In this document: piece after piece, positions 39,880 to 49,492 of the stretch | Position numbering within the stretch: the first letter of the stretch is position 1 | Layout: each line of letters begins with the position of its first letter | From: Usitatibacter sp. | GTDB taxonomy: Bacteria > Pseudomonadota > Gammaproteobacteria > Burkholderiales > Usitatibacteraceae | Direction of reading: 5' to 3' | Assembly: GCA_035519515.1 (NCBI GenBank) | Contig: DATIWC010000058.1 | Coordinates: 25,960-89,959, forward strand | DNA length: 64,000 nucleotides | Program-made: the position numbers and the translations under genes | The notes under the pieces: model-generated | What the model was told of the DNA's origin: nothing | What the model saw: the letters and a program-made list of their open reading frames with translations, nothing else | The model's database searches: none

Positions 39880-40193
39880 TCCATCGCCGCGCGGGCCGAG
39901 TCGCTCATCCGCTCCGGCGTCCACGGCGGGTCCCAGCAGAGATCGACTTGCACCTCGCGGCCGAGGGCGGCGGCGAGCTCGTGCTGGACGTCGTCGATGA
40001 TGAGCCCGGCCACCGGGCACGCCGCGGAGGTCATGGTGATGCGAACGTGCACGCGGTCCTCGCGCATGGCCACCCCGTACACCAATCCAAGCGCGAGGAC
40101 GTCGAGCGCCATCTCGGGATCGACCACCCGGCGCAACGCCTGCTCGATCGCCGGGCGCAGCGCCGCATCGCCTTCCAGCGTGAAGTCGTTCAC
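39870..40193 (-). CDS. DUF59 (MIP18/SufT-like) Fe-S cluster assembly/repair family protein
   Basis: 107 aa from GTG 40193 (GTGA overlap with the nsrR stop). …LRRVVDPEMALDVLALGLVYGV…VHVRITMTSAACPVAG… is the DUF59 signature. Confidence 0.75.
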   Translation of the reverse strand: MNDFTLEGDAALRPAIEQALRRVVDPEMALDVLALGLVYGVAMREDRVHVRITMTSAACPVAGLIIDDVQHELAAALGREVQVDLCWDPPWTPERMSDSARAAMEWD

Positions 40194-40642
40194 CGGGTCC
40201 TCGCCGGCGGATGCCAATGCAGGTGGCGCGCGAGCTCGCGGCGGTTCGCGACGAGGTCGGCGAGCGTGTAGCGGCCGAGCGTGGCGTAGAAGCTCTCGAC
40301 CGCCTCGCCCAGCACGTGCTCCAGGCGGCAATGGCCCGCGATGGGGCAGTCGGCCTCGCCCGTCGTGAAGCATTCCGCGGGAACGTCGCGGCCCTCGGTC
40401 GCGCGAACGACCTGGGCGACGCCGATGGATTCGGGGGCGGCGGCGAGCCGCATGCCGCCGCCGCGTCCGCGCGCGTTGTCGAGGAACCCGGCGCGGCCGA
40501 GCTCGTGGGCGACCTTCACGAGGTGGTTCTCCGAGATGCCGAACGCCTCGGCCACCTCCGCGATGGTGACGCGCTCGCGCTGCGAGCCCGCCACGTAGAT
40601 CAGCAGGCGCAGGCTGTAGTCGGTAAAGGTCGTGAGGCGCAT
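40190..40642 (-). CDS. nsrR: Rrf2-family NO-sensing repressor NsrR
   Basis: MRLTTFTDYSLRLLIYVA HTH, three Cys (…ECFTTGEADCPIAGHC…) for the Fe-S cluster, 150 aa. Start at ATG 40642 within listed ORF 40190..40696. Confidence 0.85.
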   Translation of the reverse strand: MRLTTFTDYSLRLLIYVAGSQRERVTIAEVAEAFGISENHLVKVAHELGRAGFLDNARGRGGGMRLAAAPESIGVAQVVRATEGRDVPAECFTTGEADCPIAGHCRLEHVLGEAVESFYATLGRYTLADLVANRRELARHLHWHPPARTR

Positions 40643-40646
40643 CTTT

Positions 40647-40669
40647 AAGATGGAAATGCTATGCACCTT
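40647..40669 (-). promoter_or_regulatory. Candidate NsrR operator (autoregulation) upstream of nsrR
   Basis: AAGATGGAAAT-G-CTATGCACCTT. Shares the 10-mer TATGCACCTT with the nirK site. Lies 4 nt from the nsrR ATG. Confidence 0.5.
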
Positions 40670-40682
40670 ATGCGCGGCCCCG

Positions 40683-40696
40683 TTGACGCAGATCAA
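40683..40696 (-). promoter_or_regulatory. Candidate Dnr/FNR box upstream of nsrR
   Basis: TTGACGCAGATCAA (9/10 to TTGAT-N4-ATCAA). It has the same 13-nt spacing to the NsrR dyad as at nirK. Confidence 0.6.
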
Positions 40697-40789
40697 CGGG
40701 CGCGAAGGCCGAGCTCGTGCACGCTGCCGACTACGCGGACGCCCTCGAACGCATCGAGGCGCTCGAGGGCGTGCTGCGGCGGATCGCGT

Positions 40790-43087
40790 TTACGACGCCG
40801 CGCGAGGGCGAGTGGGAGTCGGCGTGGCGGGCGTTTCAGCGGGACGCGCGATCGCTGCTTTCGGGCGAGCCAGCAGCTTGAGCGCGTAGAGCGCGAGCGC
40901 GAGGGCCCCGAGGGCGAAGACGATATCGCCCGGCACGCGCAGCCAGACCAGCGTCTCCATCACGCCCGAGTGCACGATCGCGGGCGAGCGCGCATACCAG
41001 AGGCCGTGGGTGATGCTGTAGTAGGCCTGGTAGATGCCCGCCGGCAGCAGCGACCCGAACACCATCATCGCGAGCCCGATGTTCATGCCCCAGTACGCCG
41101 GCGCGAGGATGCGGTCGGCATGGCGGCTGCGCTCGAAGAGGCCGCGCAGGCAGAAGAGCATGAGGCCGATGCCCAGCATTCCGTACACCCCGAAGAGCGC
41201 GGCGTGGCCGTGCGCGGGTGTCATGTTGAGGCCCTGCACGTAGTAGAGCGCGGCCGGCGGGTTGATGGAGAAGCCGAGCAGGCCCGCGCCCACCGTGTTC
41301 CAGAAGCCCACGGCGACGAAGCTGAGGATGGCCCACTTGTAAGCCTGCACCCAGGGGGCCGCCTGGCTGCGGCGGTAGTTGCGGTACGCCTCCACGCCGA
41401 TCATGGCGAGCGGCACCACCTCGAGGGCCGAGAACACCGCCCCCACGGCGATCACCGAGGTGGGCGTCCCCGTCCAGTAGAGGTGATGCAGCGTGCCGAG
41501 GATGCCGCCGAACAGGAACACGATGGTCTCCAGCACGATGGCGCGGTTGGCGCTCGAGGCGGCGATGAGCCCCAGGCGCGTGAAGATGAGCGCCACCACG
41601 GCCGTCGCGAACACCTCGAAGAAGCCTTCCACCCACAGGTGCACGAGCCACCATCTCCAGTATTCGACCATCGAGTAGTGGGTGTGCTGGCCCCACACCA
41701 GGGACGCGGCGTAGAAGCCGCCGATGCAGGTGGCCGAGAGGAACACCATGGCGACGAGGCCGCGGGTCTCCGAGGGGCGCTTCAACGCCGGCCACAACGC
41801 GCGGCCCAGGAGGAGCAGCCAGAAGAGCAGGCCCACGAAGAGCAGGATCTGCCACACGCGGCCCATGCTCGTGTACTCGAGGCCCTGGTTGCCGAGCCAG
41901 AACGTGTAGTCGAAGCCCATGCGCTGGAGCGTGCCGAGCCACCCGAAGGCCGTCGAGCCCACCACGATCGCCACCAGCGCGTAGAAGAGCACGTCCACGC
42001 CGAGCTTCTGCAGCTTCGGCTCATGGCCGGAAAGCAGCGGCGCGATGTACAGGCCCGTCGCGAGCCATGCGGTCGCGATCCAGAACACGCCCATCTGCGT
42101 GTGGATGGTGCGGCTCACCGTGAACGGCAGCCAGTCGGCTAGCGGGAACCCGAAGAAGCCCTGCCCCTCGACGGAGTAGTGCGCGGTGATCGCGCCCATG
42201 CCGATCTGCAGGAGGAGCAGCCCGATCACGACGAAGAAGTACTTGCGGGTCGCCTTCATCGAGGGCGTGGCCACGGCGTTCACCAGGGGGTCGCGCTCAG
42301 GCGCCGCCGGATCGGGCGCCTCGGCATGGCGCGCCTGGAACCAGACCATGCCCGCGACGCCGGCGATGAGCAGGATGATGGAGGCGATGGTCCACATCGC
42401 GGCGCTCGGAGGCATCGTGTTGCCCACCAGCGGCTCGTGCGGCCAGTTGCTCGTGTACGAAAGCCCCGCTTCGCCGGGGCGATCGGTGGCGGCGGCCCAT
42501 GAGGACCAGAAGAAGAACCCGGCGAGCGCCTTGCGGTCGGCGTCGCGCGGCAACGCGTTCGCGGTCATCGCATAGCGCTCGCGCAGCTTCTCGAGCGCGG
42601 GCGCGTTGCCGAAGAGCCCGACGAAGTGATCCTGCACCTGGGCGATCGCCGCGGCGCGCTCGTCGCTCACGGTGAGCGTGTTGGTCGCCGCGTCATAGCT
42701 GTTCTTGCGCAGCTCGTCGCGCGAAAGCGCGTCGACCGAGGCGCGCTGGGCGGCGGCGAGGTCGGCGTAATGCGTGGAATACATCGTTTGCGCGCGCACG
42801 TCGCGATAAGCCGTCGCCTCGCGATGCAGCCAGTCCGCGGACCAATCGGGCGCCACGTAGCTGCCGTGGCCCCAGACCGTTCCCAGCTGCTGCCCGCCGG
42901 CGGCGAGCCACGCGCGCTGCCCTTCCTGGATCTCGCCGGCGGTGTACAGCACCGTCCCGCCCGCCGTCTTCACCGTCGGGATGGGAGGTGCCGCGAGGTA
43001 GATCTCCCGGCCGATGTAGCCCAGCGCCGCGAAGGACAGCACGAAGATCGCCGCCAGCCATTTCCAGAGGTTCCGGTTCGTTTCCAT
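40790..43087 (-). CDS. norB: Quinol-dependent nitric oxide reductase (qNor, long NorB/NorZ)
   Basis: ~765 aa. N-terminal TM plus periplasmic extension without CxxCH, then a 12-TM haem-copper oxidase core (…HHLYW…, …GHGHAALFG…). Start set at ATG 43087 (METNRNLWKW), because the TTG 43162 track start lies inside the FNR box. Confidence 0.88.
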   Translation of the reverse strand: METNRNLWKWLAAIFVLSFAALGYIGREIYLAAPPIPTVKTAGGTVLYTAGEIQEGQRAWLAAGGQQLGTVWGHGSYVAPDWSADWLHREATAYRDVRAQTMYSTHYADLAAAQRASVDALSRDELRKNSYDAATNTLTVSDERAAAIAQVQDHFVGLFGNAPALEKLRERYAMTANALPRDADRKALAGFFFWSSWAAATDRPGEAGLSYTSNWPHEPLVGNTMPPSAAMWTIASIILLIAGVAGMVWFQARHAEAPDPAAPERDPLVNAVATPSMKATRKYFFVVIGLLLLQIGMGAITAHYSVEGQGFFGFPLADWLPFTVSRTIHTQMGVFWIATAWLATGLYIAPLLSGHEPKLQKLGVDVLFYALVAIVVGSTAFGWLGTLQRMGFDYTFWLGNQGLEYTSMGRVWQILLFVGLLFWLLLLGRALWPALKRPSETRGLVAMVFLSATCIGGFYAASLVWGQHTHYSMVEYWRWWLVHLWVEGFFEVFATAVVALIFTRLGLIAASSANRAIVLETIVFLFGGILGTLHHLYWTGTPTSVIAVGAVFSALEVVPLAMIGVEAYRNYRRSQAAPWVQAYKWAILSFVAVGFWNTVGAGLLGFSINPPAALYYVQGLNMTPAHGHAALFGVYGMLGIGLMLFCLRGLFERSRHADRILAPAYWGMNIGLAMMVFGSLLPAGIYQAYYSITHGLWYARSPAIVHSGVMETLVWLRVPGDIVFALGALALALYALKLLARPKAAIARPAETPATPTPTRPRAAS

Positions 43088-43148
43088 GGTCTCTTTCCGT
43101 TCCGCCAAGTCGATGCGGCGATTGTTCCGCGCGCGGACTTGCGGCGCC

Positions 43149-43162
43149 TTGAACTGGTTCAA
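43149..43162. promoter_or_regulatory. Candidate Dnr/FNR box in the norB / DUF2249 divergent region
   Basis: TTGAACTGGTTCAA, embedded in CTTGAA-N4-TTCAAG with perfect 6-bp arms. Centre is ~68 nt upstream of norB ATG 43087. Confidence 0.6.
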
Positions 43163-43188
43163 GGAAGAGCGAGCGGGCCGCGGGCACG

Positions 43189-43410
43189 ATGACTCCCATG
43201 AACATCGTCGCGGTCGACCTGCGGGAACTGCCCGCCCCCGAGCCCCTGCTTCGCATCCTCGAGGCTACGGGCGAGGGAGCCGGTCCGCATGTCTTCCTGC
43301 TGCCCTTCGAGCCGCGCCCGCTTTATCCCCTCCTCGAAAGCCGCGGGTGGGATGTGAAATCGCGTGCGCTCGACGATGCGATCGAGGTGACCGTTTCGAG
43401 GAAACGTTGA
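43189..43410 (+). CDS. DUF2249 domain protein
   Basis: 73 aa. VDLRELPAPEPLLRILEA…PFEPRPLYPLLESRGW matches the DUF2249 pattern commonly found in NO-responsive loci. Confidence 0.7.
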   Translation: MTPMNIVAVDLRELPAPEPLLRILEATGEGAGPHVFLLPFEPRPLYPLLESRGWDVKSRALDDAIEVTVSRKR

Positions 43411-43420
43411 CCTACTTCAA
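43407..43420 (+). promoter_or_regulatory. Candidate Dnr/FNR box upstream of nirS
   Basis: TTGACCTACTTCAA (8/10 to consensus), centred ~70 nt upstream of the nirS ATG. Overlaps the DUF2249 stop. Confidence 0.45.
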
Positions 43421-43453
43421 GTCAAGCGCCGCGCCGCGGATCACACTTCATAA

Positions 43454-45253
<1,800 letters not shown>

Positions 45254-45280
45254 CGATTTCGACGGGGGAGGACTCGTCCG

Positions 45281-45310
45281 GGCGCCCGGCAGCGGGCGCC
45301 TTCTCTTTTA
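45281..45310 (+). terminator. Rho-independent terminator of nirS
   Basis: GGCGCCC-GGCAGC-GGGCGCC followed by TTCTCTTTTA. The T-rich tail overlaps the convergent dnr stop codon. Confidence 0.6.
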
Positions 45311-46024
45311 CGCGTCGGAGGCGGCGCCCAGGGCGCGCAGGCCTTCCGGATCGAGGATCTCGATGTCGCGGGCGTCGATGCGCACCAGGCCGCGGGCGGC
45401 CATGTCGTGCAGGATGCGCGAGAAATACTCGGGCGTGAGGTTCAGGCGCGAGGCCACCAGCGCCTTCTGCGCGGGAAGCGTCACGCGGTGCGACCCGGTT
45501 TCCTCGTCCAGGCGGGCGAGGTACCCGATCACGCGCTGGGTGGCCGAATGCAGCGACACGGCCTCGAGGTCCTTCATCAGCATGTGGGTGCGCACCGAGA
45601 GGCTCGCCAGCATGCGCCGCGCGAGCGCGGGCTCGCGGTCGATCTCGGCGAAGAGGGTGGCCTTGTTCACGTGCAGCAGGAGCGAATCGGCGAGCGCGAT
45701 GGCGTCCACGATGTACGGGCGCCCCGCGAACATGAGCGCCTCGCCGAAGGACATGCCGGGGCCCACGATCTCGACCACCTTCTCGTCGCCCGCGGGATTC
45801 ACGAGCGCGAGCTTCACGCGGCCCACCGCCACCACGTGGAAGCCTTCGCACGGGTCGCCCCGGTGGAAGATCGCCTCGCCACGCGCGGCGCGCACTTCGC
45901 GCGTCCCGGCGGCGATGCGGGCAAGGTCTTCGGGCGCGAGGCCGCGGAAAAGCGGCGCGTGCGAGAGCAGCTCGTGCACGCGCGAGGCGCCGTTCCCGCC
46001 GCTTCGCGGGGCGTGGGTATCCAT
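45308..46024 (-). CDS. dnr: Crp/Fnr-family transcriptional regulator, Dnr/Nnr type
   Basis: 238 aa from ATG 46024 inside listed ORF 45308..46291. cNMP-like domain, no N-terminal Cys cluster, HTH with LNLTPEYFSRIL (E--SR recognition motif). RVHELLSHAPLF aligns with P. aeruginosa Dnr RVHQQLLQSHHLF. GTG 45979 is an alternative start. Confidence 0.85.
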   Translation of the reverse strand: MDTHAPRSGGNGASRVHELLSHAPLFRGLAPEDLARIAAGTREVRAARGEAIFHRGDPCEGFHVVAVGRVKLALVNPAGDEKVVEIVGPGMSFGEALMFAGRPYIVDAIALADSLLLHVNKATLFAEIDREPALARRMLASLSVRTHMLMKDLEAVSLHSATQRVIGYLARLDEETGSHRVTLPAQKALVASRLNLTPEYFSRILHDMAARGLVRIDARDIEILDPEGLRALGAASDA

Positions 46025-46058
46025 CGCGCACACGATCCCACGCGGATGCAAATGGGAA

Positions 46059-46072
46059 TTGTCCTGCGTCAA
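46059..46072. promoter_or_regulatory. Weak Dnr/FNR-like box in the dnr / TonB-receptor divergent region
   Basis: TTGTCCTGCGTCAA. Arms TTGTC/GTCAA are 4/5 symmetric. Confidence 0.3.
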
Positions 46073-46100
46073 GCCGCGGCGCGGTGCGGGCCCTAAGCTC

Positions 46101-48305
46101 ATGAATATGAATCCCCTCCTTCCGCTGGTGCTGGGCGTGGCGCTGCCGCCCGCCGCGGGCGAGGTCGTGCGCCAGGAGCCGATCATCGTCACCGCCGTGG
46201 CGAGCCGCGTGTTCGAGCCCATCGACGAGACGCCCGCCACCGTCACCGTGATCGAGCGCGACCGCATCGAGCGCGAAGTGGCGCGCGACATCCGCGATGC
46301 CTTGCGCTACGAGCCCGGCGTCTCGGTGGTGAACAACCCGACGCGATTCGGCCTGGGCAACGTGAACATCCGCGGCCTCGACGGCAACCGCGTGCAGATG
46401 ATGCAGGACGGCATCCGCCTGCCCGACGGCTTTTCCATCGGCAGCTTTTCCAACGCGAACCGCAATCCGTTCGACCTGGGGCTGCTCTCGCGCATCGAGA
46501 TCCTCCGCGGACCCGGCTCGGCGCTCTACGGCTCGGACGCGCTGGCGGGCGTGCTCTCCATGACCACGATCGACCCGGGCGACCTCATGAAGCCGGGCGC
46601 CTCCTACGGCGGCTTCGCCGAAGGGATCGGCGCCGAGGCGGACCATTCGCTCGCGGGAACGCTGGCGGGCGCCGCGCGCACGGGTCCCGTGGAGATGCTC
46701 CTCGCGGGCAGCTACGGCAAGGGCCACGAGCGCGACAACCAGGGAGCCAACGACGTGGTGGGCATCACCCGCACCACGCCCAACCCGCAGGACACGCGAT
46801 CGACCTCGGGGCTTGCGAAGATCGCGTACGTCGCCGCCGACGGCGCGCGCACCCGCCTCACGTGGGACCGCTATGACCACCGCGCCGAGACCGACGTCCT
46901 TTCCCTCAACCCGCAGTCGGTGAAGACCGTGAGCCTTACCGCGAACGACGACGCCAACCGCGAGCGGGTAAGCCTCGACGGCGAGTTCCTGGGCCGGGGC
47001 GCGGCGGAGAGGATCACCTGGCTCGCGTACAGCCAGAACGCGCAGACGGCGCAGGAGACCGACGAGGTCCGCGCGAACACGACCGCGCAATGCCTCTCGG
47101 CGAACGGGTCCATCTCGTGCCATCGCCATGCGCGCTTCACGTTCGGCCAGGACGAGTACGGCGCCACCGTGATCGGCGAGGGCACGGTCGCGAAGGCGCA
47201 CCGCATCGTCTACGGCGCCGAGTACACGCACGGCACGATCGAGGAGATGCGCGACGGCGAGCAGACCAACCTCAACACGGGGCAGGTCACCAACGTGGTG
47301 GGCACCGACGTCTTCCCGACGCGCGACTTCCCGAGCTCGCGCGTGCAGCGCTGGGGCGTTTTCGGGCAGGACTCCTGGGACCTGCAGTCGGTGACGCTCA
47401 TCCCGGCGCTGCGCTACGACCGCTTCGACATGCATCCGGAGCCGGATGCGACGTACACGAACGCGAACCCCGGCCGCACGCCGGTCGCGTTGAGCGACAG
47501 CGCGTGGTCGCCGAAGCTGGGCGCCCTCGTGCCCGTCGGCGCCGACACCACGTTCACGATGCAGCTCGCGACGGGCTTTCGCGCGCCGCCTTACTACGAC
47601 GCCAACGTCGGCATCTCCAACCTGCCGCTGGGCTACACGGTGATTCCGAACCCCGACCTCCAGTCCGAGAAGAGCCGCGGCATCGAGGCGGGGCTGCGCG
47701 GCCGACACGCGGCGTTCGACTACTCGCTCACGGCCTATCGCACCGACTACGACAACCTCATCATCTCGCGCGCACCGCTCGTATGCCCCGGCGATCCGCA
47801 CTGCGTGCCCGGCGCGCCCATCACCTTCCAGTCGCAGAACGTGACCAAGGCGCGCATCGAGGGCGTGGAGGCCTGGGTCTCCGCGCGGATCGCGCAGGGC
47901 TGGACCGCGCGCGGCGCGGGCTCCTGGGCGCGCGGCGACGACCGCACGAAGAACGTGCCGTTGAACAGCATCGACCCGCCGAAAGTCGTCGCGGGGCTCG
48001 CCTGGCAATCCCTGGACAAGACGTGGGGCAGCGAAGGCATCCTCACGCACGCGTGGGAGAAATCGCGCATCGACACCTCGGCCGGCAAGCTGGTGCCGTC
48101 GCCCGCCTACACGATCCTCGACCTCACGGCGTTCGTGAAGTTGAGCGAGAAGGTCACCGCGTACGCGGGCGTCTTCAACCTGACCAACCAGAAGTACTGG
48201 CTGTGGTCGGACGTGCGCGGCCTCACGAACCTCGCGGCGGGCGCCTTCGACCGCTACACGCAGCCCGGGCGCAACGCGGCGATCACCGTGAAGGTGGTGT
48301 TCTGA
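46101..48305 (+). CDS. TonB-dependent outer membrane receptor (FRAP / NPxL motif type)
   Basis: 734 aa from ATG 46101 within listed ORF 45363..48305. TonB-box-like EPIIVTA, plug domain (…NIRGLDGNRVQMMQDGIRLPD…), GFRAPPYYD…IPNPDLQSEKS, terminal …VKVVF. Confidence 0.85.
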   Translation: MNMNPLLPLVLGVALPPAAGEVVRQEPIIVTAVASRVFEPIDETPATVTVIERDRIEREVARDIRDALRYEPGVSVVNNPTRFGLGNVNIRGLDGNRVQMMQDGIRLPDGFSIGSFSNANRNPFDLGLLSRIEILRGPGSALYGSDALAGVLSMTTIDPGDLMKPGASYGGFAEGIGAEADHSLAGTLAGAARTGPVEMLLAGSYGKGHERDNQGANDVVGITRTTPNPQDTRSTSGLAKIAYVAADGARTRLTWDRYDHRAETDVLSLNPQSVKTVSLTANDDANRERVSLDGEFLGRGAAERITWLAYSQNAQTAQETDEVRANTTAQCLSANGSISCHRHARFTFGQDEYGATVIGEGTVAKAHRIVYGAEYTHGTIEEMRDGEQTNLNTGQVTNVVGTDVFPTRDFPSSRVQRWGVFGQDSWDLQSVTLIPALRYDRFDMHPEPDATYTNANPGRTPVALSDSAWSPKLGALVPVGADTTFTMQLATGFRAPPYYDANVGISNLPLGYTVIPNPDLQSEKSRGIEAGLRGRHAAFDYSLTAYRTDYDNLIISRAPLVCPGDPHCVPGAPITFQSQNVTKARIEGVEAWVSARIAQGWTARGAGSWARGDDRTKNVPLNSIDPPKVVAGLAWQSLDKTWGSEGILTHAWEKSRIDTSAGKLVPSPAYTILDLTAFVKLSEKVTAYAGVFNLTNQKYWLWSDVRGLTNLAAGAFDRYTQPGRNAAITVKVVF

Positions 48306-49492
48306 AGCCCTGGCGCCTGCGCGGCCGCGACCTCCTGCCGCTCGTGCAGGGCGGCATGGGCGTGGGCATCTCGGCGCACAACCTCGCGGGCAGCGTCGCG
48401 CGCCTGGGCGCCATGGGCACGATCGCGAGCGTGGAGCTGCGCCAGCACCATCCCGACCTCCTCGCCCAGACGCAGGGCAAGCGCGACCGGGCGGCGATCG
48501 ACCGGACCAACCTCATCGCGCTGGACCGCGAGATCCGCGCGGGCCTCGTCCTCTCCGAGGGCCGCGGCGCCATCGCCGTGAACGTGATGAAGGCCGTGAA
48601 CGAGCACGCCCACTATGTGCGCCAGTCGTGCGAGTCGGGCGCGCACGCGATCGTGATGGGGGCGGGGCTGCCGCTCGACCTCCCCGACCTCACGCGCGAC
48701 TTCCCCGACGTGGCCCTCGTCCCGATCCTCTCGGAGCCGCGGGGCGTGAGCATCGTGCTGCGCAAGTGGATGAAGAAGAACCGCCTGCCCGACGCCATCG
48801 TGATCGAGCATCCGCGCTACGCGGGCGGCCACCTCGGGGCCACGCGCCTGGAAGACGTGGCCGATCCCAAGTTCGATTTCGAGACCGTGTTCGCGGGCAT
48901 CTTCGCGGTGTTCGCGGACCTCGGGCTCGAGCGCGAGCGCATCCCGCTGATCGCCGCGGGCGGCGTGGCCACGCCCGGGAGGTTCCGCGAGCTGCTCGCG
49001 CTGGGCGCGGCGGCGGTCCAGCTGGGCACGGCCTTCGCGGTGAGCCTGGAAGGCGACGCGCACCCGAACTTCAAGCACGTCCTCGCCGAGGCGCGCCCCG
49101 AGGACATCGTGACGTTCATGAGCGTCGCGGGGCTTCCGGCGCGTGCGGTGGCAACCCCGTGGCTGCGCCACTACCTGGCCCGCGAGAAGGCGCTGCAGGC
49201 GCACGCGAAGGCGGACCCGCGCCGCTGCGTTCCCGGCGCCGAATGCCTCACGGTCTGCGGCCTGCGCGACGGCATCGCCACGGCCGGGCAGTTCTGCATC
49301 GCGACGCGCCTTGCAAATGCCTTGCACGGCAACGTGAAGACGGGGATCTTCTTCCGCGGCTCGGAGCCGCTGCCGTTCGGCGCGGCCATCCGGCCGGTGG
49401 CCGACCTCTTCGACTACTTCCTCGGCGGGACGGCGCATATAATCGGCGCATGGCCGCCGTCACCCCCGCCAAAGCCACCGACCGGAAGCTGA
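48302..49492 (+). CDS. Nitronate monooxygenase / 2-nitropropane dioxygenase family (FMN TIM-barrel) protein
   Basis: …LLPLVQGGMGVGIS…, …IVMGAGLP…, …IAAGGVATPGRFRELLALGAAAVQLGTAF…. No canonical start lies upstream of the QGGMG strand. A CTG at 48302 overlaps the receptor TGA; GTG 48344 is the first canonical option. Confidence 0.7.
   Translation: MKPWRLRGRDLLPLVQGGMGVGISAHNLAGSVARLGAMGTIASVELRQHHPDLLAQTQGKRDRAAIDRTNLIALDREIRAGLVLSEGRGAIAVNVMKAVNEHAHYVRQSCESGAHAIVMGAGLPLDLPDLTRDFPDVALVPILSEPRGVSIVLRKWMKKNRLPDAIVIEHPRYAGGHLGATRLEDVADPKFDFETVFAGIFAVFADLGLERERIPLIAAGGVATPGRFRELLALGAAAVQLGTAFAVSLEGDAHPNFKHVLAEARPEDIVTFMSVAGLPARAVATPWLRHYLAREKALQAHAKADPRRCVPGAECLTVCGLRDGIATAGQFCIATRLANALHGNVKTGIFFRGSEPLPFGAAIRPVADLFDYFLGGTAHIIGAWPPSPPPKPPTGS

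Noticed and set aside
43088-43162. TTG 43162 as the norB start (track ORF start)
   Set aside because: The codon lies inside the palindromic FNR-type box. The 25 extra residues (MNQFKAPQVRARNNRRIDLAERKET) precede a good SD plus ATG at 43087. The qNor TM1 begins right after METNRNLWKW.
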